NCBI GenBank assembly: GCA_038231455.1 | Contig: JBBRLI010000002.1 | Coordinates: 96,001 to 160,000 of the forward strand | Length of the DNA stretch: 64,000 nt | Source of the DNA: Vulcanimicrobiales bacterium | GTDB taxonomy: Bacteria; Vulcanimicrobiota; Vulcanimicrobiia; Vulcanimicrobiales; Vulcanimicrobiaceae | Direction: 5' to 3' | In this document: positions 16,790 to 26,860 of the stretch, one piece after another | Numbering within the stretch: position 1 is the stretch's first letter | Layout: every line of letters starts with the position of its first letter | The notes under the pieces: generated by a model | What the model was told of the DNA's origin: nothing | Database searches by the model: none | The model's input: the letters and a program-made list of their open reading frames with translations, nothing else | Position numbers and translations under genes: made by a program

Positions 16790-17793
16790 GCCGTGTCGAG
16801 GACGTGTCGTGGTTTCGCGTCGAGGATTCAAGCGCGCCGGGAGCGGTGCGGCGCGCGGCCGTTACGCTTGCCGCGCGACTCGGATACAGCGAGCACCGCA
16901 CGGGAGAAGTGGCGATCGCCGCAACGGAACTTGCGACGAATTTGCATCGACACGCCATCGAAGGGACGATCGTGCTCCGAATTCGGCGCGACACGTTCGC
17001 TGCCGCAATCGAATTGCTCGCGATCGATGGCGGCCCCGGCATCGCCGATCTCTCGGTGTTCGCGCGCGACGGAAAATCAAGCGCCGGGTCGCTCGGCATT
17101 GGCCTTGGCGCTGCGATGCGCCTTGCAACGTGGTTCGATGCCTATTCGCTCCTCGGACGCGGGACGGTCATGATCGCGACCTTTTGGCCGGACGAGCGCA
17201 GCCATATCGGCACGAACATCGCCGGGTTGACCCGCGCAATGATCGATACGGAACCCTGCGGCGATGCGATCGCGCATCGCGAGAGTCCCGAGGTGACGAC
17301 CGTGTTGCTAGCAGATGGACTCGGACACGGAGAACTCGCTGCGGTCGCCTCCCGCGCAGCGGTTCGGGCGTTTGCAATCGATGAGGAGCCGCAGCGCGAT
17401 CCGGTGGCGACGTTACACCTGTTGCACCCCGCCCTCAAGACCACGCGCGGAGCGGCAGTGGGCATCCTGCGGCTCGATTGGGGAAAGCGAGCGATCACCT
17501 TCGCCGGCGTCGGGAATATCGAGGGTTGGGTCGATGATGGCGAGCGGCGTCGATCGCTTGCCTCGACACCCGGCATCATCGGCAGCAACACGCGGAAGAT
17601 CCGAGAATATACGCTCCCGATGCCAACCGCCGGACTCGTCATTCTTCACACGGACGGGTTGACGGGCAAGTGGAATTTGGACGATTATCCCGGGCTGCGC
17701 GGACGCGACCCGCATCTCGTCGCTGCGACGCTGATGCGCGATGCCGGTATCCGAGCGGACGACCGCGGCATCGTTGTCGTGAAGGTCGCATGA
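16777..17793 (+). CDS. HATPase plus SpoIIE/PP2C phosphatase (RsbX-like)
   Basis: TELATNL, DGGPGI, GSLGIGLGA followed by CGD, ADGLGHG, HTDGL and DD. Confidence 0.88.
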   Translation: METLSRVEDVSWFRVEDSSAPGAVRRAAVTLAARLGYSEHRTGEVAIAATELATNLHRHAIEGTIVLRIRRDTFAAAIELLAIDGGPGIADLSVFARDGKSSAGSLGIGLGAAMRLATWFDAYSLLGRGTVMIATFWPDERSHIGTNIAGLTRAMIDTEPCGDAIAHRESPEVTTVLLADGLGHGELAAVASRAAVRAFAIDEEPQRDPVATLHLLHPALKTTRGAAVGILRLDWGKRAITFAGVGNIEGWVDDGERRRSLASTPGIIGSNTRKIREYTLPMPTAGLVILHTDGLTGKWNLDDYPGLRGRDPHLVAATLMRDAGIRADDRGIVVVKVA

Positions 17794-19046
17794 ACGAGTT
17801 GTTGGCAAAACTGCCGCTGCATTTTGCAGAGCATGTCTTTGAGCTGCGGCATGCGGCGCGTGTCGCGTCGGCGGCGCTTGGATGCGATGAGGCCGATCAA
17901 GTGCGATTCGCGACGGCGCTGAGTGAACTGGGCCGCGAAGCGCTCGCGCACGGCGGCGGCTCGACGGCGGCGATCAGCCTCGAACGCGACGGCGCTCTCG
18001 TCATCGACGTCGGTCACTTCCCGCGCAGCGCGCTCGAGGGCAAGGAGATGACGGGGATCGATGCCGCGCGCAAGCTCGTCGGCGATGTCGTCGTGACGGA
18101 TCGAAAATCGCATCCGACGGTAACGGTAACGCTGCGCCTTGCTCGCACGACCTCCCGGCCGCGCGCCACAGCAAACGATCTTCGCCTAGCGCTTTCGATC
18201 AAAGCCGCGCCGCTCGAAGATCTGCGACTCGAAAACAAAGATCTGATCGCAACGCTCGAAGCGCTCAAGTCCAAAGCGACCGAACTCGTGGCGCTTAACG
18301 ATGAACTCGAAGAAACCAATCGCGGCGTCATGGCGATGTATGACACCGAGCGGATCATCGCGCTGAGCCTGCAACACAATTTGCTGCCCGATGCGGCACC
18401 GACGATCGCCGGGATGGACGTTGCGGTCCGGTATGTGGCAAGCGCCGAGCACGCCGAAGTCGGCGGCGATTTCTACGAAATTTTCACGCTACCCGACGAC
18501 AAGATCGCAATCGCCATCGGCGATGTGGCCGGCCATTCGCTCGAAGCGGCAATGGTGATGGCGCAACTGCGCACGGGCATACGCTGCTATCTTGTGGACG
18601 GCTATGGGCCAGCGCAGACGCTCGCACGTCTCAATCGCCTGCTCTTGCAGTTCCATCCCGAGTGGTCGGCGACGGTCTGTTGCGCGATCTACGATCGTCG
18701 AACGGGCCGGTGCGAGGTTGCCAATGCCGGTCATCACCCGCCGCTGCTGCGCACGCGCAGTGGGATCGACTTTCTTCCGCCCGGCGGCACCTTACTCGGC
18801 GTCGACGCGCCGACCGCACCCGAGCATACCGTGGTGTTGGAAAAAGACGACCTTTTCTTGATGTTTACCGATGGACTCATCGAACGGCGCGACGAGTCGA
18901 TCGATACCGGACTCGCGCGTCTTCGAGCTGCGGTAACCGCGCCCGCCGCGCATCTCGATGAACTGTGCGATCGCGTGCTTCGTGAGGTCGGCCCGGTAAG
19001 CGTTCAAGACGATATCGCGATCGTCGCGATTCGTCCGCAAAACTAA
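17790..19046 (+). CDS. RsbT-like N-terminal domain, coiled coil and SpoIIE/PP2C phosphatase (RsbU-like output)
   Basis: FATALSELGR; ELEETNRGVMAMY coiled coil; LQHNLLP, VGGDFY, GDVAGH, NAGHHPP, FTDGLIE, DDIA. ATG overlaps the upstream stop. Confidence 0.88.
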   Translation: MNELLAKLPLHFAEHVFELRHAARVASAALGCDEADQVRFATALSELGREALAHGGGSTAAISLERDGALVIDVGHFPRSALEGKEMTGIDAARKLVGDVVVTDRKSHPTVTVTLRLARTTSRPRATANDLRLALSIKAAPLEDLRLENKDLIATLEALKSKATELVALNDELEETNRGVMAMYDTERIIALSLQHNLLPDAAPTIAGMDVAVRYVASAEHAEVGGDFYEIFTLPDDKIAIAIGDVAGHSLEAAMVMAQLRTGIRCYLVDGYGPAQTLARLNRLLLQFHPEWSATVCCAIYDRRTGRCEVANAGHHPPLLRTRSGIDFLPPGGTLLGVDAPTAPEHTVVLEKDDLFLMFTDGLIERRDESIDTGLARLRAAVTAPAAHLDELCDRVLREVGPVSVQDDIAIVAIRPQN

Positions 19047-19762
19047 GTCGGGTCGGCTCCGAGATACGCGGTCGTGACGGCGCGATTCGTCGCAAGTTCG
19101 GCGCCGGTGCCGCCGAGGACGACGCGCCCCCGTTCGAGCACGTATGCGCGATCGGCCATGGCGAGCGCCCGGCGTGCGTTTTGCTCGACGAGCAAAATTG
19201 TCGTGCCCGCAGCACGCAGTTCGGCGACGATCGCAAAGATCTCGGAGACGAGTTTCGGCGCTAGCCCCATCGAGGGTTCATCGAGCAAGAGGAGCCGCGG
19301 TTTGCTTGCCATTGCGCGGGCAATTGCGAGCATTTGCTGCTCTCCGCCGGAGAGCGAGCCCGCCGGTACGCCTCGGCGCGTTTCGAGAATGGGGAAGCGC
19401 TCGTAGAGCGCGGCGACTGTTTTTGCGCGTTCGCTCTGCGGCGTGAGGGCGGCTGCAATGAGCAAATTCTCATCGACGGACATCGCCTGGAGCATGCGGC
19501 GTCCTTCGGGGACGTGCGCGAGCCCTCGGCGCACGATGTCGTGCGGCGCGACGCGACTGATGTCGAGCCCGTCAAAATGGACGCTGCCGCCGCGTTTGGG
19601 AATGACGCTCGAAATCGCGAGCAGCAGCGTCGTCTTTCCCGCACCGTTGGCACCAACGATCGCGCATAGCGTCCCCGCTTCGAGCTCGAGCGAGACATCG
19701 TGGAGAATTTCGACTTTCCCGTATCCGGCGCGCAGGTTCTCAACGCGCAGCAGCTCGCTCAT
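19043..19762 (-). CDS. livF: branched-chain amino acid ABC transporter ATPase
   Basis: GANGAGKTT, VPEGRR, LSGGEQQMLAIARA, LLLDEPSMGL. Confidence 0.92.
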   Translation of the reverse strand: MSELLRVENLRAGYGKVEILHDVSLELEAGTLCAIVGANGAGKTTLLLAISSVIPKRGGSVHFDGLDISRVAPHDIVRRGLAHVPEGRRMLQAMSVDENLLIAAALTPQSERAKTVAALYERFPILETRRGVPAGSLSGGEQQMLAIARAMASKPRLLLLDEPSMGLAPKLVSEIFAIVAELRAAGTTILLVEQNARRALAMADRAYVLERGRVVLGGTGAELATNRAVTTAYLGADPT

Positions 19763-20481
19763 ATCGCAACCGTATCCGCGCCGAGGTAAGCTTCGATCAC
19801 GAGCGGATCCACGGCGATCGACGCCGGCGTGCCGCGCGCGATAACCTCGCCGAAGTTCAGCACCACGACGGCATCGCATGCCGCGCGGACGAGCGTCATG
19901 TCGTGCTCGATGAGCAGCATGCCGATGCCGCTTGCGGCGATCGTGCGGATGATACTCGTGAGGCGCGCGGTTTCCACCGGGTTCATGCCGGCGGCGGGTT
20001 CATCGAGCAAGATCACCGTCGGATTTGAAGCCAGCGCACGTGCGATTTCCAGCCGTCGCTGGTCGCCGTAACTGATCGATGCGGCAGGCGCATCGAGGTC
20101 CACTTCGTTGAGATCGACGCGCGCGAGCAGTGCGCGTACCGCACGCTCGTCGAAAACCTTGCTCTGCGTGAATGCACCGGCGCTAACGTTGGTGCGCACG
20201 TCGAGCGCCCCGAAGAGGCGGATGTTTTGATACGTGCGCGCGATTCCGGCGCGCGCGATGCGATGCGGCGCAATGCCGTCGATGCGCTTCCCGCCCAGCC
20301 GGATGCTGCCCGCATCGATGCCGACAATTCCGGTAACGGCGTTGATCAGTGAGGTCTTCCCGGCGCCGTTGGGTCCGATAAGGCCGAGGACGGAACCCGC
20401 CTCGACGGCGAGGGCGACATCTCGCACGGCGGTTACTCCGCCATAGCGCACGGCTACGCCGTCAAGTTCGAGTCCGCTCAT
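19759..20481 (-). CDS. livG: branched-chain amino acid ABC transporter ATPase
   Basis: GPNGAGKTS, ARTYQNIRLF, SYGDQRRLEIARAL, LLDEPAAGMN, VIEAYLG. Confidence 0.92.
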   Translation of the reverse strand: MSGLELDGVAVRYGGVTAVRDVALAVEAGSVLGLIGPNGAGKTSLINAVTGIVGIDAGSIRLGGKRIDGIAPHRIARAGIARTYQNIRLFGALDVRTNVSAGAFTQSKVFDERAVRALLARVDLNEVDLDAPAASISYGDQRRLEIARALASNPTVILLDEPAAGMNPVETARLTSIIRTIAASGIGMLLIEHDMTLVRAACDAVVVLNFGEVIARGTPASIAVDPLVIEAYLGADTVAI

Positions 20482-21305
20482 GATTTCGCGCGCCGCCAAA
20501 GTCCCGCGATCCCTTGCGGAGCAAAGAGGACGACGCCCAGGAGAATCGCGCCATTCGTCACTTCGCGATAGTCCGCAAGAAACCGAATCGTCTCCGGGAG
20601 CAACGTAAGGACGATCGAACCAACAACCGCGCCGATGGCGCTCGTCGACCCGCCGATTACGCACGCGACGAGGATCTGCTCCATACGTCCAAAACCGAAA
20701 TCGGCCGGCGTGATGAAGAAGTTGGAGTGCGCGTAGAGCACGCCTGCGATTCCGGCGATCGCGCCGCCGAGCGCGAGCGTCCAGAAACGGACACCCGCCG
20801 TATCGACGCCCACGCCGCGCGCGGCGGTTTCATCCTCACGCGTAAGGGCGATCGCGAGCGCGAACTTCGTCCGGCTCAGGAGATAGAGCGCGATGCAAAC
20901 GATGATGAGCGCGCCGTAGATGACGAACGTATTGGCATCGGATGGAATCTGCGAGAGCCCCTCGCCGCCACCGGTGAGTTTGAGATTATTTGCAACGATA
21001 CGCAGAATTTCGCCGAAGCCGATCGTCGCAATCGCAAGAAAGACACCGCGCAAACCGCGAACGGGCAGTGCAAGCAGCATCGCTGCGAGTGTCGAGGCGA
21101 GTGCCCCAATCGCGATGCACGGCAGGAGCGGTAGACCCGCGGAGACCGCGAGGATCGCTCCGATATACGCGGCAATGCCCATGAATGCAGCCTGCGCGAG
21201 TGCAAGTTGTCCCGCTTGCAAACAGACCGAAAGCGAGAGGGCGAGCAGCGCGTTGATCGCAAGCTGATCGAACAACTTGGAATGGGAGGTAAAAAACGAG
21301 ATCAT
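20478..21305 (-). CDS. livM: branched-chain amino acid ABC transporter permease
   Basis: GQL.LAQAAFMGIAAY, LRGVFLAIATIGFGEI, TGG.EG; multi-TM. Confidence 0.9.
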   Translation of the reverse strand: MISFFTSHSKLFDQLAINALLALSLSVCLQAGQLALAQAAFMGIAAYIGAILAVSAGLPLLPCIAIGALASTLAAMLLALPVRGLRGVFLAIATIGFGEILRIVANNLKLTGGGEGLSQIPSDANTFVIYGALIIVCIALYLLSRTKFALAIALTREDETAARGVGVDTAGVRFWTLALGGAIAGIAGVLYAHSNFFITPADFGFGRMEQILVACVIGGSTSAIGAVVGSIVLTLLPETIRFLADYREVTNGAILLGVVLFAPQGIAGLWRRAKS

Positions 21306-22180
21306 GCGGCGCGCAGTGCGCGCTTGCCGAAGAGTCCGCGCGGACGTAAGACCAGGATCAGAAACATAACGCCGAAGGCGATTGCGTCCCGCCAGTTCGA
21401 TGAGATGTACGCAACCGATAGCGTTTCGACCGCCCCGAGAATGAAGCCGCCAACGACGGCTCCCGTAATCGATCCCATTCCGCCCAGAATGATAACCGCA
21501 AGACCCTTGAGTTCGATTCCGGCACCCATGTCGACCGTGACGCTATTATAGTGCAGGCCGGTGAGAATTCCGGCGGCGCCGCCGAGTGCCGAGGCGATGA
21601 AAAACGTCATCGCGATCGTCTTCTCGAGATCGACGCCGAGCAACACGGCGGCAACGCGGTCTTCCGCGACGGCGCGGATGTTGCGCCCGAGTGCCGTTGC
21701 GCGCAAGACGTAACTCAAGCCGAGCATCAAAGCCAGAGCCGCGCCGAACGTCACGAGTTCGACTGTCGTGACGGTAATCGCGCCAAGGTGGATCGGCGGT
21801 GCATCGCCTAAAGCATTGGGAAAATGTCGCTCGTCGATGCCCCAGATGCCGCGCGCGATCGCGCCGATGATGATCGAGACGCCAATCGAGGAAATCAGGG
21901 GAATAAGCGTGCCGGCGTTCCGTCTACGCAGCGGGGCGAACGCAACGCGATCGAGTGCGATGCCCACCAAGCCCGCGAGCAGGCAGCCGCCTAGAAACGC
22001 AAGCCAGAGCGGCACGCCGGCCGCCACGAGCGCATACGTGGCGAATGCCGCGATCATGAAGATCGCGGCATGTGCCAGATTGAGGATGTCGAGTACGCCG
22101 AATACGAGCGTATACCCGACCGCGAAGAGCGCGTAGACGGACCCAACGACGAGCCCGTTGACGAGCTGTTGAAGCAGCAC
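21302..22180 (-). CDS. livH: branched-chain amino acid ABC transporter permease
   Basis: QQLVNGL..GSVYAL.AVGYTLVFGVL..LN.AH, ILGGMGSI.GA. Confidence 0.92.
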   Translation of the reverse strand: MLLQQLVNGLVVGSVYALFAVGYTLVFGVLDILNLAHAAIFMIAAFATYALVAAGVPLWLAFLGGCLLAGLVGIALDRVAFAPLRRRNAGTLIPLISSIGVSIIIGAIARGIWGIDERHFPNALGDAPPIHLGAITVTTVELVTFGAALALMLGLSYVLRATALGRNIRAVAEDRVAAVLLGVDLEKTIAMTFFIASALGGAAGILTGLHYNSVTVDMGAGIELKGLAVIILGGMGSITGAVVGGFILGAVETLSVAYISSNWRDAIAFGVMFLILVLRPRGLFGKRALRAA

Positions 22181-22183
22181 GCG

Positions 22184-23311
22184 TTATTTAAAGTACGCGA
22201 AGCCGCCTTTGACGATCTGCAATATCACGGGCGCGCTCTTCACGTCGCGGTTGCCGTCAAAGCCAATCGGGCCAAGGACTGTTTTTGCAAGCGGCAGTGC
22301 CTTGAGGCCGCTGCAAATTTCCGCGGGAGTCGTCGCGCCGTTCTTGACGACGGCGGCAATGACTTGCGCGCCCGCATACGCTTGTGCGGCGAACTGATCG
22401 GGATCACCGCCGAAACGTTTTTTATAGCGTTCGACGAACGCTTTGTTGCCGGTGTAGTTCGCACCGATGAACCATGCTGCGCCGACGGCCGTGCCGGCGG
22501 CACCGGGTCCCGCGTCGTTGTAAATCGTCGGTGAGTTGAGGCCGTTGCCGCCCATCAGGTGGCCCGTGTAGCCGAGCTTGCGCGCCTGTGCGATGATCTT
22601 CACGCCTTCGGGTGCGAGCGCGCCGATCACGATGAGATCGGGCTTCTTGTCGTTGATCTTCGTGAGCTGCGCTTGGAAGTCGACGTCTTTTTGGTGGAAC
22701 GTCTCGGTGTCGACGATCTGCACGCCGGCCTTATCGAGTTGCTCTTTGAAGATGTCGCCGTTGGTTTTGGTAAAGGCGTTATCGTCGCCGTAGATGATCG
22801 CGGCGGTTTTATACTTCCACGATTTAAGCGTCTTTTTGATCGTCGTCGGAATCACTTGCGCCTCGGAGAGTGAGACCCGATAGACGCACGAACCAAGCGA
22901 CGTGATGCCGTCGGCGGTCGTCGAGGTGCCGAGCACCGGGAAATTTGCTTTGACAGCGATCGGGTCGGCTTTCTTTGCTTCGCCCGAGAGTGTCGGCCCA
23001 AGGACAACGGCGCTGCCGTCGGTCGTGAACTTCTGCATGAGCGTTGCGACTTGGTTACCGTCGCTTGCCGCATCTTGCACCTCAAAGGACAAGTTCGCGC
23101 CGCCCGCATCGATGAGACCGCTTTTGATGTCGTCGTTTGCGAGCTCGTAGGCGTTCTTCTGCGGCGTGCCGTACACGCCGGCGCCGCCGGTAACATCGGC
23201 GATCACACCGGCCTTAACGGTCTTTCCGGCGGCGGGGCCTTTGCCGGCCGCAAATGCGGGCGTCGTGAGTGCGAGTGCCGCAATGGCGGCGATCGAGAGA
23301 AACGTACGCAT
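22184..23311 (-). CDS. branched-chain amino acid ABC transporter substrate-binding protein (LivK/LivJ-like)
   Basis: Signal peptide, GPTLS, DF.AQLTKI, AAQAYAG; first gene of the liv operon. Confidence 0.9.
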   Translation of the reverse strand: MRTFLSIAAIAALALTTPAFAAGKGPAAGKTVKAGVIADVTGGAGVYGTPQKNAYELANDDIKSGLIDAGGANLSFEVQDAASDGNQVATLMQKFTTDGSAVVLGPTLSGEAKKADPIAVKANFPVLGTSTTADGITSLGSCVYRVSLSEAQVIPTTIKKTLKSWKYKTAAIIYGDDNAFTKTNGDIFKEQLDKAGVQIVDTETFHQKDVDFQAQLTKINDKKPDLIVIGALAPEGVKIIAQARKLGYTGHLMGGNGLNSPTIYNDAGPGAAGTAVGAAWFIGANYTGNKAFVERYKKRFGGDPDQFAAQAYAGAQVIAAVVKNGATTPAEICSGLKALPLAKTVLGPIGFDGNRDVKSAPVILQIVKGGFAYFK

Positions 23312-23339
23312 AGAGCCTCCAATCGAGTGGGAGTTTCGC

Positions 23340-26036
23340 TTAGGCGCGGCTTGCGGTGCTCCCCGCTAGTTGTCCCGTCTCTTCGGCGAAAAGCATCTGC
23401 CGCTCGCTTTCGAGATCGTGGGTCGATTCGACGGAGCGCAAACTCTCGTTGCTGTGATAGTCGATCAGCATGGACATCTCTTCAAAATTGCCGTGCATGG
23501 CAAAGGCGCGCTGCCCTTCGCTCGTTGCCTCGCGCTGCGCCTCGGAGAGCGTGTCGATGATGCTCTCGGTAAATGTGTCGATGCGCGCGAGCGCTGCCTC
23601 GGCGAGCCCCGCCTGCTTTGCGCTCCGCTCCGCTTCGCCGACGCCCGAGGCAATCGCGGTTGCCGCGGCCTTGCCGCGGCCGTCGAGATCGGCGAGGACG
23701 CCGCGCATCTGCTGCGTCGAGGCGCGCGTCTTGTCGGCAAGGCTGCGAACTTCGGTTGCGACCACCGCAAAGCCGGCGCCGTGATCGCCGGCGCGCGCCG
23801 CTTCGATTGCGGCGTTGAGCGCGAGCAGGTTGGTGCGGTCGGAGACGCCCCGGACCAGCGTGATGATCTCGCCGATCTGCCGCATGAGCGCGCCGAACTG
23901 CGTGAGGGCGTGACGGCTCTCCATCGCCATCGTTGCGAGCGTCGAAACCGCCTCGGCGAGACCGCGGACGGTTTCGCGCGTCGCGTGCACTTCATCTTGT
24001 GCCGTCGCGAAGCGCATCAGGAGATCGGTAAAGTCGTTCGCGATCTGCGTGTTGCGTTCGGCCATCTGCGCCGAGCGCTCCCCGAGTTCGAGCAATCGCG
24101 GCGTTTGTTCTTTCCCATGCATCGCCGACTCCGTCGCGGAGGTACGCACGGCGGAAATCGCCGTGTCGATCGCCTCGATGATGTCGTGAATTTGAAATTT
24201 GCGACGTGCGGCGCGCTGGGCTTCCTGGGATTGCGGCCGATCGATCTTGTGTGCGTCGCCGCCGAGCAGCAGATCGTAAATGTCATCGGGAAAAAGCGGT
24301 TGCATCCGTTCCCAAACGAAGTGACCCGCGCGCGAAAATGCGCCGCGCTCGGCTTCGGTGAGGTCGCGGACCTCCATCGTCTTGCGCAGTTCCGCAAGCG
24401 CGTGTTCCTCTTCGTCGTGCGCGATCGCGCGATGCCACGGAATCACCTCGGCCATCGTATCGATGACGAGCGCGCGGTCTTCCTCACCCAGGCGTGCTAG
24501 CGTTTCGCTGTTTGCGAGCACGACTTGCGTGTTGTAGGTGTGCGCGGTGAGCGTGAGGTGGCGCTGCACTTCGTGCAGCTTGGCGCCGTAAATGTTGGCG
24601 AGCGGATTTTCTTGCCCGTCGAGAGCACCCGTCTTGAGGGCTTCGTAAACGCCCCCAAATGGCATGACTTTCGGTGCGGCGGAGAACGCGTGCATCAGCG
24701 CAAGATAGACGACTGAGTCCTGAATGCGCATGCGCATTCCGCGCACGTCCGCCGGCGTTGCAATTGCGCGCGAGGCGCTCGTCATGTGGCGGATGCCGTT
24801 CTCGAAATACCCCATGCCGGTAAGGCCGAACGGTTCGAACGCCGAGAGGACGCGCGCGCCGAGCCCGCCGTCGAGAACGCGATGTGCGGCGCTCGCGCTC
24901 GGAAAAAGAAACGGCAGATCGAAGACTTGCGCGAGCGGAAGGAGCGAACCCGCGATGTATGTCGTGACGCTCACGAAATCGAGTTGACCCGAGCGCACCT
25001 GCATGAGCATCTCGAGTTCGCTTCCGGCGAAAGGCACCTGGAGTTCGACGGTGATGCGTCCGCCGGTGCGCTCGCGAACCTGTTGCGCGAAGCGCTCCCA
25101 TGCGCGCGACGGCGGATAGCCCGGCGGTAATTGCGTCGCGCAGCGTAAGGTCGTGATCGCTTCATCGCGCGGATGCGCGGGGCGCGAGAAATACATGATC
25201 TCCGCGCCGTAGTAGGCGAGGCGCTGCGTCGAAAACGCGGCTTCGATCGCTTGTCGCCCTTGGGTCTCGGCGATTTGCGCGAGCGTTTGCGTTTCGCGCC
25301 CGATCGCCGTCGACGTCTCCGCGTGGGCGCGGCCGATCGCAACCGATTCTTGCAGTGCGCGCATAACGTCTTGCGCGAGTGCTGCGACGCGTTCTAGGGA
25401 CGAGCGCGCGGCGATTGCGATCGGTGCGGATTTTGCGGACCGCTCGGCCGATTCGCGCACGGAGGTGATGGTGACTTCGGCTTGCGCTTGAATCTGTTCG
25501 ACGAGTTCTTTGATCGCATGCGTCGAGTCGCTGGTCGCCTTCGCCAGTCGTCCGACCTCGCCCGCGACAACCGCAAAGCCGAGTCCGTGCGTACCCGCGC
25601 GCGCCGCTTCGATCGCGGCGTTGAGCGCGAGAAGCTGGGTTTCGTCGCTCACGTCCTCGACGAATTCGGTCATCTGCCCGATCTCGCCCATCAGTCGACC
25701 GAAATCGTCCATCGCGGCAGCCGTTCCGGTTGAAAGTTCGGCGAGCCGCTGAACGGACGAAAGCAGTTCCTCGACGATGTGTAGCGAGTCGGTGAGATCG
25801 CCCGATGCGCTGCGCGCATCCGCCTGCGTTGCCTCCAGACGCGCGACCGTTGCGGTTGACTCCTCAGCGAGTAAACCCGCCGATTCGGCGAGTGCGGCCA
25901 TGAGCATTGTCTGTTCTTGGGCGTTTGCTGCAATCGATTCGGAAGCGGTACGTACGGCATCGGCCGATGTCGCTAGCGACTGCGCGAATTCATCGAGACG
26001 CGGAATATCGGGCAGCAAGTCCAGGACGATCGACAA
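23340..26036 (-). CDS. soluble fusion: methyl-accepting signalling domain, TRAP DctP binding domain, second methyl-accepting domain
   Basis: Two [26 protein letters not shown] hairpin tips flank a DctP-type domain ([48 protein letters not shown]). No TM helix or signal peptide. Confidence 0.85.
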   Translation of the reverse strand: MSIVLDLLPDIPRLDEFAQSLATSADAVRTASESIAANAQEQTMLMAALAESAGLLAEESTATVARLEATQADARSASGDLTDSLHIVEELLSSVQRLAELSTGTAAAMDDFGRLMGEIGQMTEFVEDVSDETQLLALNAAIEAARAGTHGLGFAVVAGEVGRLAKATSDSTHAIKELVEQIQAQAEVTITSVRESAERSAKSAPIAIAARSSLERVAALAQDVMRALQESVAIGRAHAETSTAIGRETQTLAQIAETQGRQAIEAAFSTQRLAYYGAEIMYFSRPAHPRDEAITTLRCATQLPPGYPPSRAWERFAQQVRERTGGRITVELQVPFAGSELEMLMQVRSGQLDFVSVTTYIAGSLLPLAQVFDLPFLFPSASAAHRVLDGGLGARVLSAFEPFGLTGMGYFENGIRHMTSASRAIATPADVRGMRMRIQDSVVYLALMHAFSAAPKVMPFGGVYEALKTGALDGQENPLANIYGAKLHEVQRHLTLTAHTYNTQVVLANSETLARLGEEDRALVIDTMAEVIPWHRAIAHDEEEHALAELRKTMEVRDLTEAERGAFSRAGHFVWERMQPLFPDDIYDLLLGGDAHKIDRPQSQEAQRAARRKFQIHDIIEAIDTAISAVRTSATESAMHGKEQTPRLLELGERSAQMAERNTQIANDFTDLLMRFATAQDEVHATRETVRGLAEAVSTLATMAMESRHALTQFGALMRQIGEIITLVRGVSDRTNLLALNAAIEAARAGDHGAGFAVVATEVRSLADKTRASTQQMRGVLADLDGRGKAAATAIASGVGEAERSAKQAGLAEAALARIDTFTESIIDTLSEAQREATSEGQRAFAMHGNFEEMSMLIDYHSNESLRSVESTHDLESERQMLFAEETGQLAGSTASRA

Positions 26037-26048
26037 GGGCAGGGCTCC

Positions 26049-26855
26049 CTAGGCACGGACCAAGTGCGGACGGAGCAAACGCATAAACGCGCCAAAACGC
26101 GTGTCGTTCACATCGCTTGATTCGAGCCCGGTATATACGACGAGGACGTAGCGCTCGCCGCTTTCGAGCTCCAAGATACCACCGTCGTGCGAGACCTCAT
26201 CGGTGTCCCCCGTTTTGTGCATGAAGCGGTCGCCGGCGCAGAGGCCAGCCGGGAGCTTCGATTGCCAATACTGGTCGGCAAGCGTTTGGCGCAAAATTGA
26301 GGCGCCGGGGATGCGGCCTGCGTCGATCGCCTCGAAGAGGGTCGCGGCGTCACGTGCGGAGTGGGTGTTGCGACCGGTCGCCTCGGGGTCGTCGATGAGC
26401 GGCAGCGCGCCGGAGAGCTTGCGGTGGATCTCCGTTTGTTCGAGTCCAATGGAAGCGCAGAAATCCGTCGCGCGCGCGCGGCCGACGATGTCGATGAGGA
26501 CGTTGGTTGCCACGTTGTCGGAACGCGAAAGCATCAACTCGACGAGCTCCGCGACGGTCGCAACGTATCCCGCCTTCATCGGCGAGGGAGCGTCGTTGAC
26601 CGTCATGTTGTCCGGGCCGACTTCGAAACGCTGGCCCCACCAAAGCCGCTTGCTAGCTACGTCGCTCGCCACGGCTGCCGCCAAGGGGGTTTTGATCATG
26701 CTGGCCGGGTAGAGCGGGCTGCCGTTGTCTAAGGCCGCGCGGACGGGGGTTGCGCCCTTGAGGCACGCGAGGTAGATCGTCGCGGTTTCGAGACCCGCGG
26801 AGGCACTCAGGAGGGCGAGGGTCTCCGGTCCTACCACGCGGATCGGCCGATGCAA
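26049..26855 (-). CDS. class A beta-lactamase-like serine hydrolase
   Basis: ASMIK (SxxK), SDN and HKTG motifs. No evident signal peptide; start uncertain. Confidence 0.82.
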   Translation of the reverse strand: MHRPIRVVGPETLALLSASAGLETATIYLACLKGATPVRAALDNGSPLYPASMIKTPLAAAVASDVASKRLWWGQRFEVGPDNMTVNDAPSPMKAGYVATVAELVELMLSRSDNVATNVLIDIVGRARATDFCASIGLEQTEIHRKLSGALPLIDDPEATGRNTHSARDAATLFEAIDAGRIPGASILRQTLADQYWQSKLPAGLCAGDRFMHKTGDTDEVSHDGGILELESGERYVLVVYTGLESSDVNDTRFGAFMRLLRPHLVRA

Positions 26856-26860
26856 GTAGA

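Noticed and set aside
26049-26855. Functional antibiotic-resistance beta-lactamase regulated by the BlaI/BlaR1 pair
   Set aside because: No export signal, about 25 kb away from the pair and no copy of the 18-bp box upstream. Called only as a serine hydrolase.
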